Origin: Nitrosopumilus sp. | GTDB taxonomy: Archaea; Thermoproteota; Nitrososphaeria; Nitrososphaerales; Nitrosopumilaceae | Reading direction: 5' to 3' | DNA: 64,000 nt | Assembly (NCBI GenBank): GCA_965218785.1 | Contig: OZ244650.1 | Coordinates: forward strand, 1,600,001 to 1,664,000 | In this document: piece by piece, positions 45,097 to 55,444 of the stretch | Layout of the letters: every line of letters begins with the position of its first letter | Position numbering within the stretch: position 1 is the stretch's first letter | Translations under genes and position numbers: made by a program | Notes under the pieces: model-generated | Databases searched by the model: none | What the model was told of the DNA's origin: nothing | Seen by the model: only the letters and a program-made list of their open reading frames with translations

Positions 45097-45912
45097 CTAG
45101 TATCCGCGTCTTTTCAGAAAATCAGTCACTATCTTTTGCGCAAATTCTGTCGGCTCCATCTCAGAATCCCGTGAAAGTCTTGCCAGTCCCCTTGCCTGGG
45201 ATTTGGATATTCTTACAGACAGGTTCTGCCTTGCCCTAAAGGAATTTGCAAGCTTTACAATCTCCGAATGCCCTGCCGTACCTCCAATCTGCTCAAGTGC
45301 GTCAATGTATCTCTTTTTCTTGGGTGCGTCATACTTTGCAATCTTTTGTATTATCTCTGCTGCGCGTAATTCGGATGGGACGGTTCTGCATATTCTGATT
45401 GCGTCTCTCTTGGAGACGATGGCAGGCACCATCTCCCTTATCTTCCCTGGAACGACGCCAAAGCCGAGATATTCCCGAAGAGTCGATGAGTTTATTCCAA
45501 GCGCCCTGGAAGCCTCTGCCTTTCCCAGTCTTTCTACTAGAAACTGGCATGATGAGGACATTTCAGATGCGTTCATGTCCTTTCTGTGAATGTTCTCAAT
45601 TATGGAGACGGCCTTGGCATCGGCTACATCGCAGGTGCTGTTCTTCTCTAGTACCAATGCAGGGGCAGTCTTTGCACCGAGCTTTCTTAGTGCTTCTAGT
45701 CTTCTCTGGCCTGCCATTAACAGGTAGGAACCCGCGCCGTCCTTTTGAACCATCAGCGGGTTTTGCAGTCCCTCCTGCTGGATTGATTTTGCAAGGGATT
45801 CGATTCCCTCCATATCCAATGAGCGGGCCTGTGCCTCCTCCCATACCGTTATCTGGTGTATGGGAACCTCATGGAGTCTGTATGATATTGGATTTTCCTT
45901 TATCTTCTTCAA
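45097..45912 (-). CDS. ParB/Srx N-terminal domain protein with HTH and possible C-terminal RHH
   Basis: LAKSIQQEGLQNPLMV, AGQRRLEA (GxxR), ENIHRKDM. Confidence 0.88.
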   Translation of the reverse strand: MKKIKENPISYRLHEVPIHQITVWEEAQARSLDMEGIESLAKSIQQEGLQNPLMVQKDGAGSYLLMAGQRRLEALRKLGAKTAPALVLEKNSTCDVADAKAVSIIENIHRKDMNASEMSSSCQFLVERLGKAEASRALGINSSTLREYLGFGVVPGKIREMVPAIVSKRDAIRICRTVPSELRAAEIIQKIAKYDAPKKKRYIDALEQIGGTAGHSEIVKLANSFRARQNLSVRISKSQARGLARLSRDSEMEPTEFAQKIVTDFLKRRGY

Positions 45913-46188
45913 ATCTGTTTGTTAAGAACGCTCTCTATCTGATAAGTTTTTTGAATTTCTGCCAATTTTTGCCGGCTCTGATTTTTCAATCTAATTTCTT
46001 ACAGCAGGTATGCGTTTTTTTTCTGGCATTCTTTAATTCGCTGGATTTTGCATCGGTGCCTCCATCTGTTAGGCGTTTAGAGATCCGCTGCGCCAACAGT
46101 GGCTTTGGAAACCTCTGACTAATCACTTGAGAGAAATTCACCCCTGCCCACCAGCAAATATGCAAGTATGCGTATTTAACCCAATTTC

Positions 46189-46290
46189 GAAGAAAGCAAC
46201 ACACAGGCAGGTTTTTCAGATCATGATACCAGGGATGTGATCCATGTCGTTTATGCATTCGGGATAGTCTGGGATCAATAACCATAAACT
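46189..46290 (+). repeat. Direct repeat C, right copy
   Basis: Matches 44306-44405; core at 46200-46227. Confidence 0.88.
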
Positions 46291-46398
46291 GATGATCAAA
46301 TCCGGCATCAGGGGATTCAGCGGCATTTTTGAATTCTGGAAAGACTGATTTGTATCTCCCCAAACCATACGAAACCAGAAACCAAAGATACTTTATAT

Positions 46399-46881
46399 TT
46401 GGCAAACACAGATTTTTACTGTTTGGCAAGTTACAAGAAAACATATTCAAATGAACAGTCATTAAATTTTGTAATACCAATTATCGTGATTCTGTTTCTA
46501 GGAATAATCTATATCATGACACAGAGGGCAGATTCCGGTTTTGTAAGTTTTATCCTAATTGGCGCAGCGGCATTGACAATGTTTTACTGGGTCAAAGTCC
46601 TAAAGAAAATGACAAAAGATCACAAGCCATTTTACACCCAGGCAAGAGAGCAGGAGACGAAGAACTGGGTCTATGATCTGATTAAAGGCGAGGGGGAGTT
46701 TGTCTTCGTAGCAGAAGTGCCAGGACCCGAAGATAAGATAGCAGTCAGACTGGTGGATGGAATATTGTACATACGTGGAACCGCGGGATTTTCAAAGGAA
46801 GTTCCAATTGAAGGCGCAGCAGATATGCAGATATTTGATTTCAAATACAGAAACGGCGTCCTGACACTTCGAATAAAATAA
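46399..46881 (+). CDS. Membrane-bound Hsp20/alpha-crystallin domain protein
   Basis: Two TM segments then AEVPG...YRNGVLTL. Confidence 0.8.
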   Translation: MANTDFYCLASYKKTYSNEQSLNFVIPIIVILFLGIIYIMTQRADSGFVSFILIGAAALTMFYWVKVLKKMTKDHKPFYTQAREQETKNWVYDLIKGEGEFVFVAEVPGPEDKIAVRLVDGILYIRGTAGFSKEVPIEGAADMQIFDFKYRNGVLTLRIK

Positions 46882-48024
46882 CTAGAGGCTTTTTGCCAGT
46901 TCTAATTTTTGCGGCAGGTATTTGTCGGTGATGTTGGTAAGACCGTATTTTGAAAAGGCCTCCAGCTCTGCCTTTCTTTTGATTCTCAAGAATACATCGA
47001 GTTCTTTTTTCCATATTCCCGATTCATACCTCGGATCTTTTTGAAGATCATAGCATCGCTTAATATCAGATTCGGTCATTGGGATTGTCGGAAGCTTGAA
47101 TTTTTCAATATCAGTGGCCCAGACTCCGACCCATTTTGCATCAGGAACTGTCAGTTCTCGCAGATGTGCCGCATTTGCCGAACCGGATTTGATAACCATG
47201 GCAATATGCTCCCCATACACGTCGCCGTCAGTAAGTACGATTACAGGCAGTCTCATTTCTTCATGAAGTCGCTTTAACAAAGTCCTAGTTGAACGTGGCG
47301 CCTGACCCCCGGTATTAATTATTATAGATTTGAATTTCTTGTCAATTTGTTCTTCAACAAATCTCGTAAAAAGACCGCCCTTTTCAATAGCAATTACAAT
47401 TTCGGCGCTAGTATCAACGAGCTCTGCAGTAGTCAAACTAGGACCGATTGAATATCCGTCAGGATGATTAGACAGATTCATTGACTTGCCTTCATATCCG
47501 GGAATTGTATATTCCACAGTCAAATCACCAAATATCGAGCTTCGCTCTTCAGGAAATATGTGAAAATCTTCCCGGGGTCTGGATGTAACTGCCTCTAAAT
47601 CCACAATAATGTTATCAGACTCTCCCTGATCCTCAAACTCCACTGCAAATGCCTGTGATGAATAATACACGTCCCTTAGGGTGGATGATTTTTTCTCCTG
47701 TGTCAGTCGATTTGCAAAAAATGCCAGCCACATTAATTGCGTAAAAGATCTCAGCTGGGAGGAGTTTCTTGAGCTCCTCAGAGCAGAGTTACTGCCAAGA
47801 ATGTATTGCCTGAGTTTTTTATCATAAACAATGTTACTCACAGATCTGCTAGGTATTGAAAATTTTGGAAACTGCCCGCCATCCAAGTCATCATATATTT
47901 TCGCACCATGACTTTTGAGCATCTTGAGAATGTTCTTTTGTTTTTCATCGGCTTTCTTGCTCCGATCTTTTGATTTACTTGTTTTCAATTGGTTTTTCCT
48001 CCTCTGTTGGTTTTTGTGATTCAA
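46882..48024 (-). CDS. top6A: DNA topoisomerase VI subunit A
   Basis: STLRDVYY, IEKGG, TDGDVYG, KAELEA. Confidence 0.95.
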   Translation of the reverse strand: MNHKNQQRRKNQLKTSKSKDRSKKADEKQKNILKMLKSHGAKIYDDLDGGQFPKFSIPSRSVSNIVYDKKLRQYILGSNSALRSSRNSSQLRSFTQLMWLAFFANRLTQEKKSSTLRDVYYSSQAFAVEFEDQGESDNIIVDLEAVTSRPREDFHIFPEERSSIFGDLTVEYTIPGYEGKSMNLSNHPDGYSIGPSLTTAELVDTSAEIVIAIEKGGLFTRFVEEQIDKKFKSIIINTGGQAPRSTRTLLKRLHEEMRLPVIVLTDGDVYGEHIAMVIKSGSANAAHLRELTVPDAKWVGVWATDIEKFKLPTIPMTESDIKRCYDLQKDPRYESGIWKKELDVFLRIKRKAELEAFSKYGLTNITDKYLPQKLELAKSL

Positions 48025-49850
48025 TGTCCTGCTGTGCCTCTAATATTTTCTTGTAATCAGGTTCCTTTTTCTTGCCAGCCAGTTCAGTGCAAAACGTGGC
48101 AATCATTGGAATGTATTTTGCGTAGAGATTGGCCCTCTTTTTTGCCATTTCTGCCTGTCCCCTCTTTGACATGTATGCCGCAAGTTTTCTTGATAATAAC
48201 TGCAATGCCAGCCTTAATTCCCGTTCTATTTCCTGTCTATCAGCAACATTTTCTTTTCCTGCAGTCTTGTATGGAATTCTAGTTGAACAGATATGAGACA
48301 CGATAATAAATGGAGGCTCGCCTTTTACCTTGTATCTGCCCCAATCCGTCTCATTTACGACCTTGAGAACAACATCGCTGCCTTCGTCATATAATAGTGG
48401 AATGCGGTTGGCGTACCTGTAGACATGCGGTCCTCCGGATTTTATTTCACCGCCATAAGCAATGCCCATCTCAATTATAAATGGGAATCCAGAATATGCC
48501 GAGGCCGGACGCTGTACGACGGCAGTAAAATCAGGATTGAAGAATTTCTTGATTCCCTTCTCCAGTGGAGATTCCCCCAACGGTGCAAGACAGCTCGAAT
48601 CAGGCGCCATAAAATCATCAAATTTCTGAAGCGAGTCGCTGAGATTGACCAGTTCCTGGTTTGTCAGAGTTCCCATTCGTCTCTCAGGTTTGAATCCGGC
48701 AAATTCTCGCAAATTTGACTGCGGTGGTGGGACCTATGCGTTGAAATCTTTTGGTCAAAAATATAGTAAGAGTCTCCCCCTGAACGGTATTAGTCAGCTG
48801 TTTGTAATACTGATTTTCAGAATTCATCTCGGCTATCTTTGATTGGGAATCACCAAAATCCCAGTAGAATAATTTTTTGTTTGGAACATCAATATCCTCG
48901 ATTTTAATTTTGTTGAGTTTTTCAAAATCCATCTCTAGAAAAGACATCAGGGCGACAATTACCCGGATTTGGCGGGAAAGATTTTTCCATTTTTTTCCTG
49001 CTTTTTCCATGATTGCATTAAAACTGAGATTTTTCTTGGTCAATCCCAAATCCTTTCTGACTTTTTCAATCATGGCATCGTCAATATTTGGAATTTCAAA
49101 CTGTGATTCGACTATCATTCTTCGTATTCTTTCAACATCAATACCATGGGGATGCGGCCTGATTATTGTCGGAGGTGGCGGGATGTCCCTTACAAATCTC
49201 GGATGATGGAATTTTTGTCCCTTGGGGTCATCAAAAGTTATTGATGCATAAGGAGTGATCAGGGAGGTTTCATATACGTAATCTCGAATTTTGTTGCCTG
49301 CTTTTGAATAATCACCCTCCAAGTGGATACTCACAGAAAGGCCTTTTTTTGAAATATCCCGGGTGGTGTGTTTTACAATCACAGGCTTGTTTTTTTGAAT
49401 ATCAAGCAATATCTCGAACTGATCCTGTATTACACCATCCGTAGAACTTTTTACGGTGACAGGTTTGTTTGTTGTAATTTGACCGTACAAAATCGCCATG
49501 GTTGCGCCAAGTCCGAACATTCCCCTAGCTTGTTTTAATCCAAATTTCGAGCCATACAGTACGGTTCCAAATGCAAGTGGGACATGCTTTGCATCCATGC
49601 CAGGGCCGTTATCTTTGACTGTTAGAATGTAGGTCTTGGGATCCGATTTTTCAGGATCAACTGCCTTGATTGTCAGATGAACGTCAGGAAGAATTCCTCT
49701 TTGGTCACAGGCATCTAATGCATTTTCAACAAATTCCCGGACAGCAGTATAAAGGGAGCGTGTAGGATTACTAAAGCCGGCCAAATCACGATTACTGTAA
49801 AAGAATTCACTTGGAGATATTTGATTGAATTTTTCTTGTATGGCAGACAT
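47975..49850 (-). CDS. top6B: DNA topoisomerase VI subunit B, split by a +1 frameshift at ~48708
   Basis: GHKL motifs (EFVENALDA, DNGPG, RGMFGLG) in ORF 48684-49850; transducer (RYANRIPLLY, KTAGKE) in ORF 47975-48712. Confidence 0.9.
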
Positions 49851-49851
49851 C

Positions 49852-50409
49852 TTAATCTTCCCACAACTTCATCTTTTCTTGTTTGTATTTTCTATTTGCG
49901 GCCTCTAATTTACTATAAACTGAACCATGCATGCTTCCATGTGAGATGGATGATATCGCATCGACTGCCAGCCGTAATTTAGTTGCATCACCAATAATTG
50001 AAACCGTTTTTCCATAAACTGAGATATGAGTACCACTTAGATTTTCCATGTTTTGTCTTGCCCTACCACCTTCTCCAATAATTCTCCCTTTTATCCTTTC
50101 AACATTTGCGCTAGACTTTCCTGTAAACTCTCTAAGATCCATGACGTACAATGTATTTTCACCCTTTAGCAAAGTCATGGCATTTTCAGGTGAAAAGCCC
50201 CTGCCGATGGCCGTGACAATCTCCATGGCCTTAAATGGCTGAATCTTTTCAATATTGCCATCGGATTTTATCAAAACCTCCCCCGTATCACCGTCAATAT
50301 CCAGGGAAACATGACACATCGCCTCGATTTTTAATTTTACATTGCCTGATTTTCCAATCAAAACGGCTATTCGGTCATTTGGTATGCGGATTTGTTTTTG
50401 AAAACTCAT
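49852..50409 (-). CDS. KH-domain rRNA processing protein (Pno1/Dim2-like)
   Basis: LIGKSG, AIGRGF, RIIGEGG, HGSVY. Confidence 0.9.
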   Translation of the reverse strand: MSFQKQIRIPNDRIAVLIGKSGNVKLKIEAMCHVSLDIDGDTGEVLIKSDGNIEKIQPFKAMEIVTAIGRGFSPENAMTLLKGENTLYVMDLREFTGKSSANVERIKGRIIGEGGRARQNMENLSGTHISVYGKTVSIIGDATKLRLAVDAISSISHGSMHGSVYSKLEAANRKYKQEKMKLWED

Positions 50410-51185
50410 TTCACAACTTCCTCAAATAAAACACTTGGATCCTCAACAGAAACTCCTCTTTTAATGAAGAAGTTGTTAATGTTATTAATATCTCTTTTAA
50501 GAAATTCATGGGCGTTGGGATGTCTTAGATCAACTGCAGAACCCAGATCAAAGACAATCAGACCGCTTGGCGTTTTAAAAATATTATATGCAGAATAGTC
50601 CCCATGTACCAGTTTTGCCTTTTGATAAAGATCCCTGATAATTGAAATTGCCTGTTGATAATCATACCCGTTTACCTCAGAATTGAGCAGTAATTTTTCA
50701 GGAGAGCCGCCCTGTCCGACAAACTCCATTGCAAGCACGTTGTTTGTAACATAGAGCGGATTTGGGACGGGAATTCCTGCATTACGACATTGGGACAGGT
50801 TGCGAAATTCCTTTTTTGCCCATAAATAGACCATGTTTTTTGTTCCTTTTTTTACATTTAAAAATCTTGGATCCCCAATAATGTAAGGCTCGCGTTTTTT
50901 AAAATTTGAGGTGCTTACCAAATAAATTTTCAAGGCGACATCAACATCATTATCATCAACACTCCAAAAAAGAACGGATTCCTTGCCGGCACTTACCGAA
51001 CCGTTGACATATGCAACAATGTGATCCTTTATCATTTTGTAGAGGGTCATAACGGTGGGTTTATCCAGTACTTCGTTGATGACTTTGCCTTTTTTGAAAC
51101 CGTCTTCCAGATGTCTCCGTTTAGATTTAGATGCCAGTTTTTTATCGATTTTGGATTCTAACTTTCTGCTAATTTCATCAGACAT
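50406..51185 (-). CDS. rio1: RIO1 kinase
   Basis: SAGKES, WAKKEFRNL, HGDYSAYNI. Confidence 0.9.
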   Translation of the reverse strand: MSDEISRKLESKIDKKLASKSKRRHLEDGFKKGKVINEVLDKPTVMTLYKMIKDHIVAYVNGSVSAGKESVLFWSVDDNDVDVALKIYLVSTSNFKKREPYIIGDPRFLNVKKGTKNMVYLWAKKEFRNLSQCRNAGIPVPNPLYVTNNVLAMEFVGQGGSPEKLLLNSEVNGYDYQQAISIIRDLYQKAKLVHGDYSAYNIFKTPSGLIVFDLGSAVDLRHPNAHEFLKRDINNINNFFIKRGVSVEDPSVLFEEVVK

Positions 51186-51254
51186 TAAATGATCATACTC
51201 CTACTAGATAAAATGGATTTCTTTTGTAGTTCAAAATAAAAATCAGATCACACC

Positions 51255-51554
51255 CTATATTTTGAAAATAATCAGAAAAGGAACGCCAGAAATTTCTTTA
51301 ATCCCATCTTCTGAACCAATTCCAAGTTCCAGTGATAAGGAGATTGTATCTTTTCCAGCCATGTTAATAATCGATGAATTCTTTAATAACGACTCTGCTT
51401 CTTCCTTTCCAACCAGTCTTTCTCCATAATAGCTCTTACTGATATGTATGATTAATTCACCCTGGACGATTTTTTTCTCCAACAATTCAGCATCACAGAT
51501 ATTGAGCATTGTGTTTTGTTGATAAGTGGAAGTTCGTATCGAAAAATGCGTCAT
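51255..51554 (-). CDS. DUF424 family protein
   Basis: NICDAELL, YYGERLV, IINMAG. Confidence 0.8.
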   Translation of the reverse strand: MTHFSIRTSTYQQNTMLNICDAELLEKKIVQGELIIHISKSYYGERLVGKEEAESLLKNSSIINMAGKDTISLSLELGIGSEDGIKEISGVPFLIIFKI

Positions 51555-51973
51555 GCATATTTACCTTTCAAAGCAGACTTTGCACCGCAAGCCTCACAAA
51601 TTAAAAATGATATTCGGTTTTCTTTGACAATTTTTGTATCAGGACTTTTACATGTTGTACATTCTAGATAGTCCTTTACATAAATTTGGAATAACCTGGT
51701 GAAATCATCAGGGGCCCGTCTTCCAATAAACATTGCCTTGTCGCCTAGTCTTTCAGCTGGAACTGCAAATTCCTTGGACAGGTACTGGAGAACCTTGTCA
51801 GGGTCTCTTCTTAAGATCTTTGGAAATTCTGAAAAATTGCGCAGAAATGTCTTTTGTCCCTCCCACATCACATCTACAACGGGAAGCTCAAATCTGGTTG
51901 AAGACTCTTTTTTGGCATCGCCTAGTTTGTCCTGAATACGCTTGAGCATCTTTTCATATTCTGCCTTGGTCAT
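51551..51973 (-). CDS. eif2b: Translation initiation factor 2 beta subunit
   Basis: RFELP, NFSEF..LRRDP, CTTCKSPDT...CEACGA. Confidence 0.92.
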   Translation of the reverse strand: MTKAEYEKMLKRIQDKLGDAKKESSTRFELPVVDVMWEGQKTFLRNFSEFPKILRRDPDKVLQYLSKEFAVPAERLGDKAMFIGRRAPDDFTRLFQIYVKDYLECTTCKSPDTKIVKENRISFLICEACGAKSALKGKYA

Positions 51974-52042
51974 GAAAAATTTTACGTATTAGACCCTATA
52001 TGGGTTTTGAAAAAGAGAGATTGTGTGGACTAGTTGTGTATG

Positions 52043-52189
52043 TTATTCCATCTTTCCTATACGGAAAACGTTAGTTCCACATTCAGGACATGTGCCTTTG
52101 ACGGCAGGACGTCCATTCTTTAGTTTAGTTTCTTTGGGATCTTTTATCTCCCTTTTTTCTCTGCATTTTACGCAATATGCTGTAACCAT
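52043..52189 (-). CDS. 48 aa zinc-ribbon protein (DUF5679-like): MVTAYCVKCREKREIKDPKETKLKNGRPAVKGTCPECGTNVFRIGKME
   Basis: Manually read ORF with two CxxC pairs. Confidence 0.85.
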   Translation of the reverse strand: MVTAYCVKCREKREIKDPKETKLKNGRPAVKGTCPECGTNVFRIGKME

Positions 52190-52438
52190 TCTGAATTTTG
52201 TCAAACTTGGTGGTATTTAGGAAGAGGCTGTGAAAAATATTTAACTATAAACTAGATGTACGTAATTTTTTTTAGGCATAAAAAAGGGATAATTGTTAAA
52301 AATTTGTACAAATACAAGCTTTTGTAAAAAAACAAAGTAAAAATGATACAAAAAAGGATTTTTTCCAATATTTGCCTGACAACTGATGATTTTTTTGAAG
52401 ATTATCAGTTATAAACACCCCAATCATTAAACTGTGAA

Positions 52439-52939
52439 ATGGCATCAAAAAAAGGAATAATTGTAACTGCGGCAATATTAACAGCAATTACCGGTGCGAG
52501 TTTTCTATTATGGACGATTCCAGAAAATAATGAAACGACGTTTGTTGTTTCAGATTACAGAAATTATCTTGATGGGGTAAAAAATATCCAGGAGGTCTTG
52601 CAGGAATCAACTGATATTGAATACCAAAATATGATCAACGGTGAGATCTCCCCAGGAGAGTATGCCTCTATAACGGAGACAATATCATCACAAATAACTA
52701 CAAAGATAAGCGAATTTGTAACATCAAAACCGCCTGAAAAATGGCAGGATAGCTACATTAGCTATATGGAGGCAATGAAGAAATTCAATTCCTATGTCGT
52801 AGAAACCAGGGTTTTGGCCAATATGATTGAGAATGGAGACATGGAGGGGGAGATGACAGAAACCATACAAAAGATAGACACGTTGAAAAAGGAATTTTTA
52901 GAGTATGTGAGAATTTCTGATGAATCAAGACCCGGCTAG
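52439..52939 (+). CDS. Membrane-anchored hypothetical protein
   Basis: N-terminal TM, helical domain. Confidence 0.7.
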   Translation: MASKKGIIVTAAILTAITGASFLLWTIPENNETTFVVSDYRNYLDGVKNIQEVLQESTDIEYQNMINGEISPGEYASITETISSQITTKISEFVTSKPPEKWQDSYISYMEAMKKFNSYVVETRVLANMIENGDMEGEMTETIQKIDTLKKEFLEYVRISDESRPG

Positions 52940-52995
52940 TAGCCTCAAAACCGAATTTTACTAGCTACAAACGTTGGAAATCGTTAAAAGGCAAT

Positions 52996-54159
52996 TTGAG
53001 AACAAAGATTAGAATGTCTCAGAGATCTCACAAGGTAGAAAAGGATGTCAATGCATCCACGGCTAACAGACTGCTTGTGATCTGCGTCGATAGGGACAAT
53101 GATGTAGGGGAGAAGGCGGGAATTCTCACACCGGTAATTGGTAGGGATGCATGTATTGAGGCAGCGCAGAGGCTGGCCTTGGAAGATCCAGAGGATGCAG
53201 ACTCTAACTCAATTTTTTCAGCAATCAAGACGTATGAGGATTTAATCAGCAAGGGCTACCAGGTTGAGGTGGTAACTGTTGCAGGAGTCAAGAACAGGGG
53301 GGTTCAAGCTGATGAAAAGATTCTTGCTGAGACAAAAAAAATTCTGGAAAAATTTTCTGCCAATGGTGCGGTCATAGTTTCTGATGGGGAGGACGATGAG
53401 AGTGTTATTCCGGTAATTCAGAACGTCTTGCCAGTTGTTTCAGTACAACGCGTCGTAATGAAGGTAAGTAGAAGCGTAGAGTATTCTTATGCGGTCTTTG
53501 GAAAATACCTGAAAATGATTGCGTATGATTCACGATATTCAAAATTCTTTTTGGGTGTTCCAGGAATGCTTTTGTTAATTGGCGGGGTTGCAAGCATATT
53601 TGACTTGACCACGGAAATATTTGCGGTTCTTGTAAGTATTTTGGGCGGGGCATTTCTGATCAGGGCATTTGATATTGACAGGGTATGGTCAAGCTGGTCA
53701 AAACCAACTCCGATGGGTTTTATTAGATTTTTTACGATGGTTGCAGGAGTACTGATAATTCTCTCATCGGTGCCGGCAGGTGTCAGTACGGTGGACATAG
53801 AACTCATTGAAGCAGATGTGGAGGTCATCGCAAAGATTACAGACAAGGTAATCATCGGTCAGTTTGTTGCAGGGGCGTTACCGGTTTTGTGGATTGGGAT
53901 GGGCGCAATATTTGCCGGAACGCTACTTAGTAACTGGATTGGAGGAATTCCAAGACAGATAAGTGACGTCTTGCGAATTATCGTTTTAATATCGCTTTAT
54001 CCCACCATATTCCAGTTTACCAACATAATGATTTATGATGAAAGCTCATTTACTCTGATTCCTCCTTTGATAGGGGGGCTAGCGGTAACTCTGATTTCAG
54101 CTACAATTCTCTTTAAGAGATACAGAAAACACAAAGATCAAGAGATGGTTTCAGACTAA
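52996..54159 (+). CDS. DUF373 family membrane protein
   Basis: VICVDRDNDVG, DPEDADSN, SDGEDDE; C-terminal TMs. Confidence 0.85.
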   Translation: MRTKIRMSQRSHKVEKDVNASTANRLLVICVDRDNDVGEKAGILTPVIGRDACIEAAQRLALEDPEDADSNSIFSAIKTYEDLISKGYQVEVVTVAGVKNRGVQADEKILAETKKILEKFSANGAVIVSDGEDDESVIPVIQNVLPVVSVQRVVMKVSRSVEYSYAVFGKYLKMIAYDSRYSKFFLGVPGMLLLIGGVASIFDLTTEIFAVLVSILGGAFLIRAFDIDRVWSSWSKPTPMGFIRFFTMVAGVLIILSSVPAGVSTVDIELIEADVEVIAKITDKVIIGQFVAGALPVLWIGMGAIFAGTLLSNWIGGIPRQISDVLRIIVLISLYPTIFQFTNIMIYDESSFTLIPPLIGGLAVTLISATILFKRYRKHKDQEMVSD

Positions 54160-54254
54160 ATTTGTCCGAATTCTCAGGGTGGATTTCTGAAAACACTGAT
54201 ATCATCATAGTATCAATTATCAAAAGGTGAGAAGATATCGGCAAAATAAAAGAA

Positions 54255-55028
54255 ATGATCTTTCAGTTATCAGGCCTCTACAAGATCTATGGAAAAAGAC
54301 TCGAAAGTGAGATCCAAAACGGGGATATTCCAAACCATGTCGCCTTAATTCTAGACGGGAACAGAAGATGGGCCAAAAGACACCTGTCAGTACCGAAAAC
54401 AGGGCACTGGAAGGGAGCTGACGCAGTTGAGAACCTTCTTGACTGGTGTGAGGAATTCGATATCAAGATTGTCACATTATATGCGCTTTCAGCGGAGAAT
54501 TTGGATAGAAATGATGACGAACTAGGGCAACTCTATGAATTAATTCGTATGAGACTCGAAAAATTATACAATGATCCGAGAATTCACAGATGTAAGATGA
54601 GGGTGAAGGGTATTGGCAGAATCGAGCTGTTACCGGACTCTATCAAGGAAATTTTAAAGCAGCTAGATGATGCTACAAAAAATTATGACCGCCATTTTCT
54701 AAACATAGCATTGGCGTATGGAGGACAGTACGAGTTGGTGGATGCTGTAAAGAAGATCGGGGAGAAGATCAGGGACGGTTCCCTAAAAGTTGATGAGATA
54801 AATAAAAAGGAGATTGAATCAAATTTGTACACATCACATTTACCGCAGTCATCCCCGGATATGATTCTACGAACATCGGGGGAAAAAAGACTGAGCGGGT
54901 TTTTAATATGGCAGAGTGCATACAGTGAACTAGTCTTTATGGATATTTTCTGGCCAGAATTTAGAAAAATAGATTTGATGAGGGCAATCAGGACTTTTCA
55001 AGAAAGAAAAAGGAGGCTTGGAAAATGA
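54255..55028 (+). CDS. uppS: Polyprenyl diphosphate synthase (cis-prenyltransferase)
   Basis: HVALILDGNRRWA, RTSGEKRLSGFLIWQ. Confidence 0.93.
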   Translation: MIFQLSGLYKIYGKRLESEIQNGDIPNHVALILDGNRRWAKRHLSVPKTGHWKGADAVENLLDWCEEFDIKIVTLYALSAENLDRNDDELGQLYELIRMRLEKLYNDPRIHRCKMRVKGIGRIELLPDSIKEILKQLDDATKNYDRHFLNIALAYGGQYELVDAVKKIGEKIRDGSLKVDEINKKEIESNLYTSHLPQSSPDMILRTSGEKRLSGFLIWQSAYSELVFMDIFWPEFRKIDLMRAIRTFQERKRRLGK

Positions 55029-55444
55029 TTGAGGAAACCTCGGCAGGTGTCGTATTGTTTAGAAGGGAAAACTCAAAAATTTTGTTTTTGCTCCTGCATT
55101 ATCCCTCCGGACACTGGGATTTTGTAAAAGGAAAGATGGAAAAGGGGGAATCAACCCGTGAGACGGCAGTCAGGGAAACAAAAGAAGAGACAGGCATTAC
55201 GGACATTACATTTTTAGAAAATTTTGAAGAGTGGATTAAATACGACTTTCAATATCAGGGGGAACTGGTTCGCAAAAAGGTGGTATTTTTCTTGGCTGAA
55301 ACAAAAACTAAAAAAGTGACCATATCACATGAGCATCTCAATCATACATGGATGGATTATGACACATCTATGGAAAAAACCACGTTTGAGAATGCAAAAA
55401 AGGTGTTAAGAAAGGCACGGATGCTACTTGCCAATACCCTGTAA
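55025..55444 (+). CDS. NUDIX hydrolase (Ap4A hydrolase-like)
   Basis: HWDFVKG, GESTRETAVRETKEETG. Confidence 0.9.
   Translation: MIEETSAGVVLFRRENSKILFLLLHYPSGHWDFVKGKMEKGESTRETAVRETKEETGITDITFLENFEEWIKYDFQYQGELVRKKVVFFLAETKTKKVTISHEHLNHTWMDYDTSMEKTTFENAKKVLRKARMLLANTL

Noticed and set aside
45399-46480. Long shadow ORFs (45399-46118, 45986-46480) and other antisense ORFs over core genes
   Set aside because: Overlap well-supported genes or repeats and lack protein-like motifs.
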